Assembly: GCA_016283295.1 (NCBI GenBank)
Contig: JAEEMQ010000009.1
Location: 32,713 to 96,712, forward strand
DNA from: Alphaproteobacteria bacterium
Lineage (GTDB): Bacteria; Pseudomonadota; Alphaproteobacteria; RF32; CAG-239
Direction of reading: 5' to 3'
Length of the DNA: 64,000 bases
Shown here: positions 45,106-55,381 of the stretch, in pieces
Numbering within the stretch: the first letter of the stretch is position 1
Layout: the number at the start of each line of letters is the position of its first letter
Notes under the pieces: generated by a model
Told to the model about the DNA's origin: nothing
The model's input: only the letters and a program-made list of their open reading frames with translations
Database searches by the model: none
Program-made: the position numbers and the translations under genes

Positions 45106-45396
45106 ATGACAGAATTTACTTTTAATGCTAAAAAGCGTGAAAAAGCAGGTAAGGGGGCAGCTCGTGCTTGTCGTCGTGAGGGCCGTATTCCTGCAGTGAT
45201 TTACGGAGGTAAGAAAGACGTGGTATTAATCAGTCTGGATCCGGTTGAAGTTGCAAAGGCTTTGGATTTGGAAGATTTGTATCAATCTGAGGTTACCATT
45301 GACCTCGATGGCAAAAAAACTAAGGTTGTTTGTCAGGATGTTCAATTCCACCCTGTTTCCGATCAACCGATTCACGTTGATTTTATGCGTAAATAA
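45106..45396 (+). CDS. rplY: 50S ribosomal protein L25, short form
   Basis: Start MTEFTF; ..GKGAAR..RREGRIPAVIYGG..QDVQFHPVSDQPIHVDFMR aligns with E. coli-type 94-aa L25. Confidence 0.85.
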   Translation: MTEFTFNAKKREKAGKGAARACRREGRIPAVIYGGKKDVVLISLDPVEVAKALDLEDLYQSEVTIDLDGKKTKVVCQDVQFHPVSDQPIHVDFMRK

Positions 45397-45405
45397 GAGG
45401 CGAAA

Positions 45406-45984
45406 ATGTTTTTGGTGGTTGGTCTCGGCAATCCGGGAGCGGAATACGCGGCTACCCGCCATAACGTCGGATTTATGGCGGCTGATGAAATTCATCGCCG
45501 CTATAATTTTTCGCCGTTTAAATCCAAATTTAACGGGCTGATTGCCGAAGGAAATATTGAGGGTGAGAAGGTTTATCTGTTAAAGCCGCAGACTTTTATG
45601 AATCTTTCCGGCAACAGCGTGGTACAGGCGGCGAATTTTTATAAGATTTTGCCGCAGAATATTGTGGTTATTCATGATGATATGGACTTGCCGACCGATA
45701 AAATCAAAGCTAAACTCGGCGGCGGTTCGGGTGGACATAACGGCATTAAGAGTATCGATTCTCACATTACGCCCAACTATAACCGAATCCGCATCGGGGT
45801 AGGGCATCCGGCCGGCAGAAACGAGGATAGCGTGGTTAATCACGTGCTTTCCGGTTTTTCTAAGACCGATAAAGAAAACATTGAAGCCGATATTGATTTG
45901 GTGGCCGATTTGTTGCCGATAATGCTGCAAAAAGGTGTGGCCGAATTTTCCAATCAGCTGGGTATGAAACTGGCTAAAAAGTAG
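45406..45984 (+). CDS. pth: peptidyl-tRNA hydrolase
   Basis: LVVGLGNPG..Y..TRHNVGF..NLSGNSV; conserved rplY-pth order. Confidence 0.9.
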   Translation: MFLVVGLGNPGAEYAATRHNVGFMAADEIHRRYNFSPFKSKFNGLIAEGNIEGEKVYLLKPQTFMNLSGNSVVQAANFYKILPQNIVVIHDDMDLPTDKIKAKLGGGSGGHNGIKSIDSHITPNYNRIRIGVGHPAGRNEDSVVNHVLSGFSKTDKENIEADIDLVADLLPIMLQKGVAEFSNQLGMKLAKK

Positions 45985-45985
45985 C

Positions 45986-46585
45986 TTAGCGCAAAATTTT
46001 CAGGCGTTGTTCAAGCGGCAGAAAAGTTTTTTCCGCCGGCTCGGTTTCTATGCTGCCGAAAGGCATTTGCGCTACCAATTCCCAAGTTTTAGGCAGGTCA
46101 AACATTTTATTGACCGATTTGTTTATCAATTCGTTGTAGTGTTGCAGCGAGGCGCCGACCTCGTTTTCGGCCAGCGTCTGCCAAATCATATATTGCAATA
46201 TTCCGTTGGCCTGCTGCGTCCAAATGCGCATATTTTTGGCGTATTGCGGAAATTGTTTTTTCAGCCCCATCAGAGCTTTGCGGTCTTCAAAAAACAAGAT
46301 GGTGCCGTAAGCGCGGGCAAAGGAATCGATTTTTTTGTTGGTGGCGGCGACTTGCTTGTCGGTAATCACATTCAGCAATTCTTCGCGGATTTTTTGCCAC
46401 AGTTGCAGATGCTTTTTACCAAACAGAATTGCCACGCGCGCCGATTGGACGTTGAACGGCGTAGGGCAATGCAAAAGGCATGACTCGACGGTGTCGACAA
46501 AGCAATTTTCGGAAACGGGTAAAACTCCGCTTAAGCCGTAAATTGAGCGGCGGCGGTTTAAGCTGTCTTGTTCGATGCAACGCAT
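45986..46585 (-). CDS. nitroreductase family protein
   Basis: Start MRCIEQD; RRSIYGLSG motif and size typical of NAD(P)H nitroreductase-fold proteins. Confidence 0.55.
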   Translation of the reverse strand: MRCIEQDSLNRRRSIYGLSGVLPVSENCFVDTVESCLLHCPTPFNVQSARVAILFGKKHLQLWQKIREELLNVITDKQVAATNKKIDSFARAYGTILFFEDRKALMGLKKQFPQYAKNMRIWTQQANGILQYMIWQTLAENEVGASLQHYNELINKSVNKMFDLPKTWELVAQMPFGSIETEPAEKTFLPLEQRLKILR

Positions 46586-46638
46586 GATATTTTCTCCTTT
46601 TTGCAAAAAAAATAGTCGCGACGCGGCCGTTTTCAAGT

Positions 46639-47976
46639 CTAGTCGATATAATTGTGAACCTTGGCCAGACGGCGCTTGGTTTCGGCAATACGGTCTTTGG
46701 CTTTTAGCTGTTGATACACCTCGAGCGCGGAGTTGAAATAGTTGCGTGCCTCAATCATAAAATTATCGTCTTCGTTTTGTTTGCCGAGCAGATAATAAAT
46801 GTTGCCGATTTCTTCTTGGATTCCGGCCCATTCCAACGGATATACGCGTTGTTCGTAGATTTTTTGCTGATTATGATAGCTGTTGATGGCAAGCTGCATA
46901 ATGTCGTTGCTGGCGGTAGTCATACCGAGCGAGGTCAGATAATAGCCGAGCAAGCCTTCGATATGGCACCAGGATTGCGGAAATTGCGCCAGGGTATAAA
47001 CTTTTTCGGCTTCGCGCAGCTGAGTTACCGCGTCGCGCAGAGCTTGCAAATCGGTGGTGTATTTCCAAAAATCAAAATAGAGCAGCGCCAGATGATAGGC
47101 GATCAAGCCGTAATCATAAGGGTAGTTTTTGTTTAAGTATTTATGAGCTTCCTGATAAAACGAAATGGCTTCGCGCAAATAAGGTGAGCCGTCCGTTTGC
47201 GCCTGTTTATACATGGTTTCGTAAAGCTGAGCCATGTTGTTGTAAACGCAACCGTAATAAATCGGCAGGCGCATGAATTGCTTGTTTTTGAGCGCGCTGT
47301 CGAACAGGTTGCGGATAATTTCCACGTCGGTTTCGTTCAAATTTTTTTGGGCATTGCTTAAATAAATTTTGCCGAGCATATTCATGATGTAAGGCATAAA
47401 TTCGCGCGATATTTCTTTGGGCGAAGTATCGGCGGCCAAAAGGGCGATAATATCCGTCAGCAGTTTTTCGCGATTATCTTTCTGGTCGTTGGTCACCGGC
47501 GGTACGGCGGCGATGATGATGCCGCAAATAACCAGCAACAACGAGGCGGAAAAAGTTTCCGGCGAAGTGAAAAAATTAAGCGGCACAAACAGGCTGTCCA
47601 ACAGCGAATGAAACAGGTTGTTGTCAAGCGCGTATTGGTCGGCGATTTGAAAGTTCAGGCGAATCTTGGCATTTTCTTCATAGCCCCAAATCAAAATATC
47701 GGAATGAGTGGAGTTCAAAATCTGGGTGCCGCGGTCAATAAAATCAAAAAAATTGCGGCCCTGCAGATTAAGAAAACCTTTGGGAAAAGTCTCGGCAAAA
47801 AAATGCACGTCAAACAACGGATTTCTTTGCAAAATATCGGCAAAACGACGGCCGCAATTTAAGTTGCACTTATCTTCAAAAGCTACCACCGTAACCCGAA
47901 ACAATGCCGACGAAGTTTCCTTTTTTTCGGCGGATAAAAAGCGTTTAATGTTTTCTAAGCAGTTGTTTATAGGCAT
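46639..47976 (-). CDS. TPR-like repeat protein (hypothetical)
   Basis: 445 aa, helical repeat-rich C-terminal half (..YHLALLYFDFWKY.., ..AINSYHNQQKIYEQ..). Confidence 0.5.
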   Translation of the reverse strand: MPINNCLENIKRFLSAEKKETSSALFRVTVVAFEDKCNLNCGRRFADILQRNPLFDVHFFAETFPKGFLNLQGRNFFDFIDRGTQILNSTHSDILIWGYEENAKIRLNFQIADQYALDNNLFHSLLDSLFVPLNFFTSPETFSASLLLVICGIIIAAVPPVTNDQKDNREKLLTDIIALLAADTSPKEISREFMPYIMNMLGKIYLSNAQKNLNETDVEIIRNLFDSALKNKQFMRLPIYYGCVYNNMAQLYETMYKQAQTDGSPYLREAISFYQEAHKYLNKNYPYDYGLIAYHLALLYFDFWKYTTDLQALRDAVTQLREAEKVYTLAQFPQSWCHIEGLLGYYLTSLGMTTASNDIMQLAINSYHNQQKIYEQRVYPLEWAGIQEEIGNIYYLLGKQNEDDNFMIEARNYFNSALEVYQQLKAKDRIAETKRRLAKVHNYID

Positions 47977-47977
47977 T

Positions 47978-49051
47978 TTATTGTTTATCCTTTGTTTCGG
48001 AATTGAACAGTTTTTTAAAGTCGTTGATATTTTGTTTTACATCGCGGATAAATTGGCGGTTGATATCGGCCAAAGTATACGGCGTGTTTTCTTTGCGCCC
48101 GAGGGTGCCGTCGAGCCAGAGCACGATACACAAAGCAATAAGCGGCAACGAATACGGATTAACCGAAAATAACTGGAACCATGCCAACAGCAACAGAACA
48201 ATGCCGATTTTGAAAACAGCGGTGCTCAGAGTTTGCAAAGTGTGCCGCCGCGCCGCAAAAAAGAAGTTGGTGTTTTCGCTTAAGGCGCCGAGATGAGTAA
48301 CAACAAAACGGTTGTAGAGTGCGGCCAGAATCTCCGCCCAGAAAATAAGCGTGAGAATTACGCACGACGGGAAACAAAACTCGCCCGCATTCATCAAAAG
48401 CAGAGAGCATATCAAATAGCTGATTGCCACACAGGAGCCGTCGTCCAAATCAATGGAAATGTTGTAATAATTCATACTCATGTAGGCGGCCAAAATACCG
48501 ATTAAAATCGCGGCGCATACCGCAATATACAGTGGCGATGCACCGATTAGCGCCAACATAATCAAGCCGCCCAAAATTACGATGTTAGGGAAAACAAACG
48601 TGTGCGGCAAAAGGTTCATAATGCGGGAGCCGAGACAGAAAACCAGCGCCCAAACAAACAGCCCCAAACGTACTAAAAGCGGGTCATACGGAAAAGCATT
48701 GCCGATACCTATCGGCTGCAACCATACGGTAATGCCGACGGCGACGGCAACAATGGCATAAATCACGCTTTTGGAAAATAGCATTACGGCGGCATAAATT
48801 ACGGCAGCCAACACCGGCGGTGCCGCCATGCGGATAAGCGTAATCGGCTCGATAAAGTCATTGGTTTCAAGCGTAAAATATGCCGCAACGGCGCACACCG
48901 TATAAACCGCCAATACATACGGAAAAACCAGCGAAGTCAGCTTGATTTCCAATGTTTGCATATATTTGTTGATGGCCGGTTTATAGATGAAATACATCGC
49001 TAAAAAGCTCAAAAGCATAAAAACGGCAATGTTTGAAAGCATATAACCCAT
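47978..49051 (-). CDS. polytopic membrane protein (possible MraY/WecA-like glycosyl-1-phosphate transferase)
   Basis: Start MGYML with AAGGAG RBS; ~10 TM segments; NYYNISIDLDDGS loosely resembles the N..N..DG.DG loop. The family call is tentative. Confidence 0.4.
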   Translation of the reverse strand: MGYMLSNIAVFMLLSFLAMYFIYKPAINKYMQTLEIKLTSLVFPYVLAVYTVCAVAAYFTLETNDFIEPITLIRMAAPPVLAAVIYAAVMLFSKSVIYAIVAVAVGITVWLQPIGIGNAFPYDPLLVRLGLFVWALVFCLGSRIMNLLPHTFVFPNIVILGGLIMLALIGASPLYIAVCAAILIGILAAYMSMNYYNISIDLDDGSCVAISYLICSLLLMNAGEFCFPSCVILTLIFWAEILAALYNRFVVTHLGALSENTNFFFAARRHTLQTLSTAVFKIGIVLLLLAWFQLFSVNPYSLPLIALCIVLWLDGTLGRKENTPYTLADINRQFIRDVKQNINDFKKLFNSETKDKQ

Positions 49052-49092
49052 AACTGTCTCCTTAATTTGAGAATCAGTATAAGGCCAAATTA

Positions 49093-50364
49093 TTAAATTA
49101 TTCTTTGCAATTTGCAAATAAAGAAGGCATCCATACCGTTTTGGAAATAAGGCAATGTGCGGACGGTGCCGTCGGGGTTGATGAGATTATCGGCAAAATC
49201 ACCGTAAGGCGCAATTTCGGCGGCGCTTATCGGTACGAGTTTGAAGTGCGGATTATTTTGCAAAAAATCGGCAATTTGTTGCTCGCCTTCGGCCTTGGCA
49301 ATCGAGCATACGCTATATAGCAGAACGCCGCCGACTTTCAGAATATTCGGGCACGCTTCGAGCAATTTTTTTTGTAAGGCCGCCTGTTCGGCAACATCTT
49401 CGCGGGTTTTGATATGCAACACTTCGGGATGGCGGCGGAAAGTGCCGGTGGCCGAACACGGAGCATCCAATAAAATAGCGTCAAATTGCGCGGAGGCGGT
49501 TTGTAAATAATCCAAAGCATCAATATTTTGCGCGGATATATCCGTATAACCGAGTCGGCGCATATTTTGTTGCAAAGTTGCGAGGCGGAAGGCGGAAATA
49601 TCAAGCGCGGTAACTATGGCACCTTTGGCGCGAAGCTGCGCGGTTTTACCCCCCGGAGCGGCGCATAGATCAATCACTTTTTTGCCGGCGATGTCGCCAA
49701 TGGCCGCAACCGGTAATGCCGCGGCAATATCCTGCACCCACCAGTTGCCGGAAGCATATTCGGGAAGCTGCTGCACTTTGGGCGCGTCATAAAGGCGCAA
49801 ACTGCCGTTGGGCAATAATTCGGCCTTGAGTTTTTCGGCCCACGCCGACGGGGCGGACTTTACCGTTATATCAAGCGCCGGCACCTTGAGAGCGGCGGCC
49901 CCGATTTGCCGGATTTGCTCGGCATCGTAACCGGCAAGAATTTCCGCAAACGAATCGGGCAGAGGCGATACCTGATCGGCTTTTTTCAATAAATCCTTTT
50001 TTTGCAGACACACTTTGCGCAGCACCGCGTTAGCCAGGCCGCCCAAAAACTTGTCGCAAGTGTTGCGGACATTTTTTACCGTTTCGTTGATGACGGCATA
50101 TTCCGCAGTTTCCATATACAGAATCTCGGTAACGGCATTTATTAGCAGATATTCGGCCAAACGATGTTTGTTGGGGATTTTCTTTTGCAGAAAGCCGCGC
50201 AGAATCTCTTTGATTGCGGTTAAACGGCGCAACGCGGTAAGAATCAGCATATTGCAGAACGGCAAATCTTTTTCGGGGATTTGCTTTTTTAAGTCTCCGA
50301 AAAAGATTTTTTCCTCTAAAATTTTTTGAATAATTTTAGCGCTTATCAGCCGCGGATTTGCCAT
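49093..50364 (-). CDS. rsmB: 16S rRNA (cytosine967-C5)-methyltransferase RsmB/Sun
   Basis: NusB-like N-terminus, DLCAAPGGKT SAM motif, PCS catalytic motif; start MANPRL chosen. Confidence 0.85.
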   Translation of the reverse strand: MANPRLISAKIIQKILEEKIFFGDLKKQIPEKDLPFCNMLILTALRRLTAIKEILRGFLQKKIPNKHRLAEYLLINAVTEILYMETAEYAVINETVKNVRNTCDKFLGGLANAVLRKVCLQKKDLLKKADQVSPLPDSFAEILAGYDAEQIRQIGAAALKVPALDITVKSAPSAWAEKLKAELLPNGSLRLYDAPKVQQLPEYASGNWWVQDIAAALPVAAIGDIAGKKVIDLCAAPGGKTAQLRAKGAIVTALDISAFRLATLQQNMRRLGYTDISAQNIDALDYLQTASAQFDAILLDAPCSATGTFRRHPEVLHIKTREDVAEQAALQKKLLEACPNILKVGGVLLYSVCSIAKAEGEQQIADFLQNNPHFKLVPISAAEIAPYGDFADNLINPDGTVRTLPYFQNGMDAFFICKLQRII

Positions 50365-53300
50365 CTTTACCTTTCGTGAATTTATATTCGGTAACGGTTT
50401 GTACCAAAACATACATTAACGGAATGAGCACCAAACCGCCGGCCGTACCGATAATCATGCCGGAAAATACCGGAACACCCACGGCTACACGGCTGCCGGC
50501 CGAGGCACCGCTGGCCCAAACAAGCGGAGCAACACCCAAAATAAAGGTCATTGCCGTCATCAACACGGCGCGGAAACGTTCACGCGTGCCGTAAAGGGCC
50601 GCCTTTAATATCGGCGTTCCCTGGCTATGAGAATCGCGGGCAAATTCCACAATCAGAATGGCGTTTTTGGCCGCCAAACCGACCAACAATACCAAGCCGA
50701 GCTGGGCATAAATACTCAGCGGAAGTTTGGTAATAAACAAGCCGATGAGGGCGCCGAGAGTAGCCATTGTTACCGACAGCATAACCGACAGCGGAATCAT
50801 CCAACTTTCGTATTGCGCCACCATAAACAGATAAGCAAACAGGCAGGCAAAGGCAATAATGTAATAGATTTGTCCCTGGTTGTTTTTCTCTTGCAAGCTG
50901 GTGCCGGACCAAGCATAAGTGTATCCCTTCGGCAGAGTGCGAATCGCCAAATCTTCGAGTGCGTTCATGGCTTCGCCCGAGCTGAAACCGTCGGCGGCCA
51001 TGGCGTTAATCGTGGCACTCGGATATTGGTTATAGCGGCTGATACCGCGCGGCAACAACACGGTTTTGATATGGATTAAACTGCCGAGCGGCACCATTTG
51101 TCCTTTGTTGGAATGTACATAAATCTTATCCAGGCTGCTTAAATCTTTACGATATTTCCAATCGGCCTGTACCTTAACTTTGTTAACCTGCGTGCCGATG
51201 TTAATATCGTTGATGTAGCTGGAACCGATGTAGGTTTGCAACGCCGAATAAATCGAGCCGACCGCCACACCGAGAGATTCGGCTTTTTCACGGTCGATGT
51301 CAATATAAGCGTGCGGAGTTTGCGCGTTGTAGGTAGAATATGCCAGCATAATTTGCGGCAAAGCCATCGCGGCGCGCGTAAAGTTGTTTACGACCGTTTC
51401 CAGCTCGTTCATATCGGTAGACTCAACCGCTTGGATTTTGAAGTCCATAGCGTTGGTGGAGCCGAGGCCCGGAATGGCCGGCATTTCAAACAGTTGGACT
51501 TTGGCTTCGGAAAAAGCACCGACAAGCGCCGACAAACGGTTTTTGATGTTGGTTGAATATTGGTCTTTGCGTTTGCGTTCCTCCCAGTTTTTCAGAGAAA
51601 GCACGCCGAAGCCTACGTTTTCGCCCTGGCCGGCCATAATACTGAAGCCTTCAAGATTAAGCACCGATTTTACATCAGGTTCGTTTTGCGCCGTGGCCAG
51701 AATTTTATCGTTAACCGCCTTGGTACGTACACTTGATGCACCTTCCGGCAGCTGGACGTTAATCATTATCAGGCCCTGGTCTTCATCCGGCAAAAACGAA
51801 GTTGCGGTGATTTTGAAAAAGATGCTGATGAACAAAGCCATCAACCCCAAAATAAAGGCGATAATGCTGATTTTGCGGCCGATATAGCCGATGATGACCA
51901 AATATTTGTTGGCGGCACCGGTAATAAAGCGGTTGAACCAGCCGAGCCAGCCGGTTTTCTTTATTTCAAACGGACGCAGGAAAGTTGCCGATAATGCCGG
52001 CGATAAGGTCAACGCGTTAATGGCGGAGAAAGATACGGCAAAACTGATGGTGATGGCAAATTGTTGATAAATTTTGCCGGTAATGCCGCCCATAAACGCA
52101 ATCGGTACGAAGATGGCGAGCAAAACCAAAGTAGTGGCCACCACGGCCGATGATACCTGTTCCATGGCTTTGATGGCGGCTTGTTTGGAATTCAGCCCTT
52201 CCGATTGCATCAAATACAGCGTACGCTCCACCACCACAATGGCGTCATCCACCACCAAACCGATGGCCAATACCAAGCCGAACAGAGTCAAAATATTGAG
52301 GTTGAAGCCGAGCACCTTCATAATGGCAAAGGTGGCGAGAATCGATACCGGAATGGCAATCGACGGTACCAAAGTGGCGCGCCAGTCTTGTAAGAAGATA
52401 TAGCAGACAAACACCACCAGACCGAAGGTCAGGAACAACGTAAAGAACACTTCTTCAATCGAGGCGATAATAAAATCGGTGGTATCAACAAAAATTTCCA
52501 CCTGCAAATCTTCAGGGTAAAAGCGCTCTAATTTTTTGAGTTCGGCCTTGACCGCCTTCATGGCATTAACGGCATTGGCGCCGGACGATTTGTTGATGAT
52601 GATGGCAACTGCCGGTTTGCCGTCAACGCGCGAGCTGAATAAATAACTTTCCGAGCCGAGCTCTACCCGGGCGATATCTTTTAAGCGGACCAAACCGCCT
52701 TCTTCCGCCGTGCGAACAATAATGTTTTCAAAATCTTTCGGGTCGTTCAAGCGGCCGCGGGTTTCCAGCGAATAAACCAAAACCTGATGGCCGTCGCCCG
52801 GAGCCGAACCGACCGAACCCAGCGACGGTTGTACGTTTTGACTTTGAATGGCAGCTTTAATCGTGGCCAGAGGAATATTTAAGGCGGTAGCTTTATCGGC
52901 ATCAATCCATACGCGCATGGAAGTTGCCGCACCCAACACGGTAACTTCGCCCACACCGTAGGCACGGCTCAATGCCACCTTAATATTGTTTTCAACATAG
53001 TTGTTGAGGTAGTTGCTGTCATAAGTGCCTTTTGGCGAGGTAACCTGTAAAAACGCCAAAATATCGGAAGAACGACGGCGTACCGTCACACCGATACTTT
53101 GCACTTCCTGCGGCAGAGTGCTGACTACCTGTTGAATACGGTTTTGTACCTTAACCTGGTCCAAATCCGGATCGGTACCGGTTTCAAAAGCGATGGAAAG
53201 CTGGTAGGAGCCGGAGTTATACGAACTCGACGACATATACAGCATATCTTCAATACCGTTAATGGCTTTTTCAAGCGGAATACCGACGTTGTTGGCAACC

Positions 53301-53470
53301 GTTTCGGCGCTGGCGCCCGGATAGTTGGTGGAAACCATAATTTCCGGCGGAGCAATTTCCGGATACATGCCGATAGGCATTGAAAACACCGACACAAAAC
53401 CGGCAAGAGCCATAATAATCGCGATTACTACGGCAAAACGAGGTCTTTCAATAAAAAACTTTGAAAACAT
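50336..53470 (-). CDS. RND multidrug efflux permease (AcrB/MexB family)
   Basis: 1044 aa, 12-TM RND architecture, N-terminus MFSKFFIERPRFAVVIAIIM. Confidence 0.9.
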   Translation of the reverse strand: MFSKFFIERPRFAVVIAIIMALAGFVSVFSMPIGMYPEIAPPEIMVSTNYPGASAETVANNVGIPLEKAINGIEDMLYMSSSSYNSGSYQLSIAFETGTDPDLDQVKVQNRIQQVVSTLPQEVQSIGVTVRRRSSDILAFLQVTSPKGTYDSNYLNNYVENNIKVALSRAYGVGEVTVLGAATSMRVWIDADKATALNIPLATIKAAIQSQNVQPSLGSVGSAPGDGHQVLVYSLETRGRLNDPKDFENIIVRTAEEGGLVRLKDIARVELGSESYLFSSRVDGKPAVAIIINKSSGANAVNAMKAVKAELKKLERFYPEDLQVEIFVDTTDFIIASIEEVFFTLFLTFGLVVFVCYIFLQDWRATLVPSIAIPVSILATFAIMKVLGFNLNILTLFGLVLAIGLVVDDAIVVVERTLYLMQSEGLNSKQAAIKAMEQVSSAVVATTLVLLAIFVPIAFMGGITGKIYQQFAITISFAVSFSAINALTLSPALSATFLRPFEIKKTGWLGWFNRFITGAANKYLVIIGYIGRKISIIAFILGLMALFISIFFKITATSFLPDEDQGLIMINVQLPEGASSVRTKAVNDKILATAQNEPDVKSVLNLEGFSIMAGQGENVGFGVLSLKNWEERKRKDQYSTNIKNRLSALVGAFSEAKVQLFEMPAIPGLGSTNAMDFKIQAVESTDMNELETVVNNFTRAAMALPQIMLAYSTYNAQTPHAYIDIDREKAESLGVAVGSIYSALQTYIGSSYINDINIGTQVNKVKVQADWKYRKDLSSLDKIYVHSNKGQMVPLGSLIHIKTVLLPRGISRYNQYPSATINAMAADGFSSGEAMNALEDLAIRTLPKGYTYAWSGTSLQEKNNQGQIYYIIAFACLFAYLFMVAQYESWMIPLSVMLSVTMATLGALIGLFITKLPLSIYAQLGLVLLVGLAAKNAILIVEFARDSHSQGTPILKAALYGTRERFRAVLMTAMTFILGVAPLVWASGASAGSRVAVGVPVFSGMIIGTAGGLVLIPLMYVLVQTVTEYKFTKGKDGKSAADKR

Positions 53471-53488
53471 ATTCTGTAACCTTTCCGC

Positions 53489-54664
53489 TTATTGCTCTAA
53501 CATTCCGACTTTGATTTGCGAGTTGTTCTGAATTTTGATGTTGCCCTGAACCACCACCAAATCATCTTCGGTCAGACCGCTGATTACGGCCTGTTCCGAG
53601 CCGTTTACGGTATTGCCCAAAACCACGCGGCGCTGTTCGGCCACACCGTGCAAATCGTTTTCCTGGCTCTTTTCTTTATCGATTTTGGCCACATAAACAA
53701 AGGCGCCGTCTTTATCATAGTTGATGGCGGTCTGCGGCACCGTAATCGCAAACAGCGGCTTGCCGTCATAAAGTGCGGATTGAACGTAGTTGCCCGGAAC
53801 CAATTTATTCGAATCGTTGGCAATATCGGCATAAACCGATAAGGTGGCGGTGGTTGAATTGACCTGATTATCCATAAACGTCCCTACCACTTTTTCGGTA
53901 ATTACATCGCCGTTGGCAAGTACAATGCGAGCTGTCAGATTGTCTTTATTAACACCGCGTTTTTGCACATTGGCAAATTCCTTATCTGTCATGGAATAGC
54001 TGATGCGCACCGGATTTACCTGAACGATTTTAACCAATGCCGCCTGCGAGGCTACCACATAGTTTCCTTTGGTTACCAGTGCTTTGCCGACTTTGCCGCT
54101 GATCGGGGCACGAACCTGAGTGTTATCCAAATCAATGGTGGCAACATCCAAATTGGCTTTGGCTTCTTCAACTGCGGCTTTGGCTTGCAAATAAGCGCTT
54201 TCAGCCATATCAAAAGTGGCTTTTGACGCAAATTTTTGGTCGCTCAACTTAACCTGACGGTTATAATCGCGTTCCGCCTTTACGAGATTGGCCTGTGCCG
54301 CATCAAGACGAGCCTGAGCCAAATCAAATGCCGCTTGGTATTTTGACGGGTCGATTTCAAACAAAATATCGCCTTCTTTGACAAGGCTGCCTTCTTGGAA
54401 CAAAATGTTTTCAACCGTGCCGGTTACCTGCGGCAACAAACTTACTTCGTTGATTGATTCGACATACGAAATTTTGCTGTTGAACGAAGAAATATCCTTG
54501 TTTTGGGCTTTTTGCGCCAAAACGTATACTTCGCCCATTCCGTACATTCCCATACCGCCGGAAGGAGACAAACGTCCCTTTAAATACCAACCGACCGAAA
54601 TCAATAAGAGGCCGATTAAGAGATTTTTGCTGATAAATTTTAAATCAGGATATTTTATTTTCAT
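53489..54664 (-). CDS. RND efflux periplasmic adaptor (AcrA/MexA family)
   Basis: Lipoyl, hairpin and beta-barrel adaptor topology; directly upstream of the RND pump. Confidence 0.85.
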   Translation of the reverse strand: MKIKYPDLKFISKNLLIGLLLISVGWYLKGRLSPSGGMGMYGMGEVYVLAQKAQNKDISSFNSKISYVESINEVSLLPQVTGTVENILFQEGSLVKEGDILFEIDPSKYQAAFDLAQARLDAAQANLVKAERDYNRQVKLSDQKFASKATFDMAESAYLQAKAAVEEAKANLDVATIDLDNTQVRAPISGKVGKALVTKGNYVVASQAALVKIVQVNPVRISYSMTDKEFANVQKRGVNKDNLTARIVLANGDVITEKVVGTFMDNQVNSTTATLSVYADIANDSNKLVPGNYVQSALYDGKPLFAITVPQTAINYDKDGAFVYVAKIDKEKSQENDLHGVAEQRRVVLGNTVNGSEQAVISGLTEDDLVVVQGNIKIQNNSQIKVGMLEQ

Positions 54665-55290
54665 TATTTTGTACCTTCCGTTTTTATGCTGTTAAATATC
54701 AAGTTGAAACCGGTCGTAACCGCAGTGTCAAAATCGTGGGTGAGGCGATGCGTAAATTCCGCCTCCAATAATCCGCCGTAGAGAGTCATCAGAATTTCGC
54801 AAATCATGGCAATATCCACGTCGTCGCGAATCTGTTTTTGTTGTTGCAAAGCCTCCAACGCATCAAGAAACAGCCGGCGGGTAACCTGTTTTGTTTGCTC
54901 GATTGACGGCTGAATTTTGTGGATGATGGCCTCGCTCCACTCCATCTGACAGGTGATGAAAAACAAAAACTTATAGAACAAAGTATCTTCGCGAATCTTT
55001 TTGTTGATGAAAAGCTGCATTTTGATAATCCGCTCAAAGCTCGGAGTCGGATTTTGTTCCAGAAAAACATGCAGCAAATTGATGTAGCGGTCGGCAAAGT
55101 CGTTAATAAGTGCCGCCACAATATCCGGCTTGTTGCGAAAATACCAATAAACCGCACCCTTGGTCAGGTTTATGCGTTTGGCGATTTCATCAAAAGTTGT
55201 TTTTGAATAGCCTTTTTCATAAAAGATATCCATGGCCGAGGCCAAAATTGACAATCTGGTCTGTTCGGCATCTTCTTTGGTTCTGCGCAT
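54664..55290 (-). CDS. TetR/AcrR family transcriptional regulator
   Basis: N-terminal HTH ..GYSKTTFDEIAKRINLTKGAVYWYF. Confidence 0.85.
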   Translation of the reverse strand: MRRTKEDAEQTRLSILASAMDIFYEKGYSKTTFDEIAKRINLTKGAVYWYFRNKPDIVAALINDFADRYINLLHVFLEQNPTPSFERIIKMQLFINKKIREDTLFYKFLFFITCQMEWSEAIIHKIQPSIEQTKQVTRRLFLDALEALQQQKQIRDDVDIAMICEILMTLYGGLLEAEFTHRLTHDFDTAVTTGFNLIFNSIKTEGTK

Positions 55291-55339
55291 GACGTTACCT
55301 CTGGTTAATTATACTATACCGTATGTATAAAACGAAAAA

Positions 55340-55351
55340 TTGCAAATGCAA
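55340..55351. promoter_or_regulatory. inverted repeat TTGCA-AA-TGCAA in the tetR promoter region (candidate operator)
   Basis: 5-bp arms with 2-bp spacer overlapping a TTGCAT -35-like hexamer on the tetR strand. Confidence 0.3.
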
Positions 55352-55381
55352 CATATTTTTTATACTTTTAGGTATGTATAA

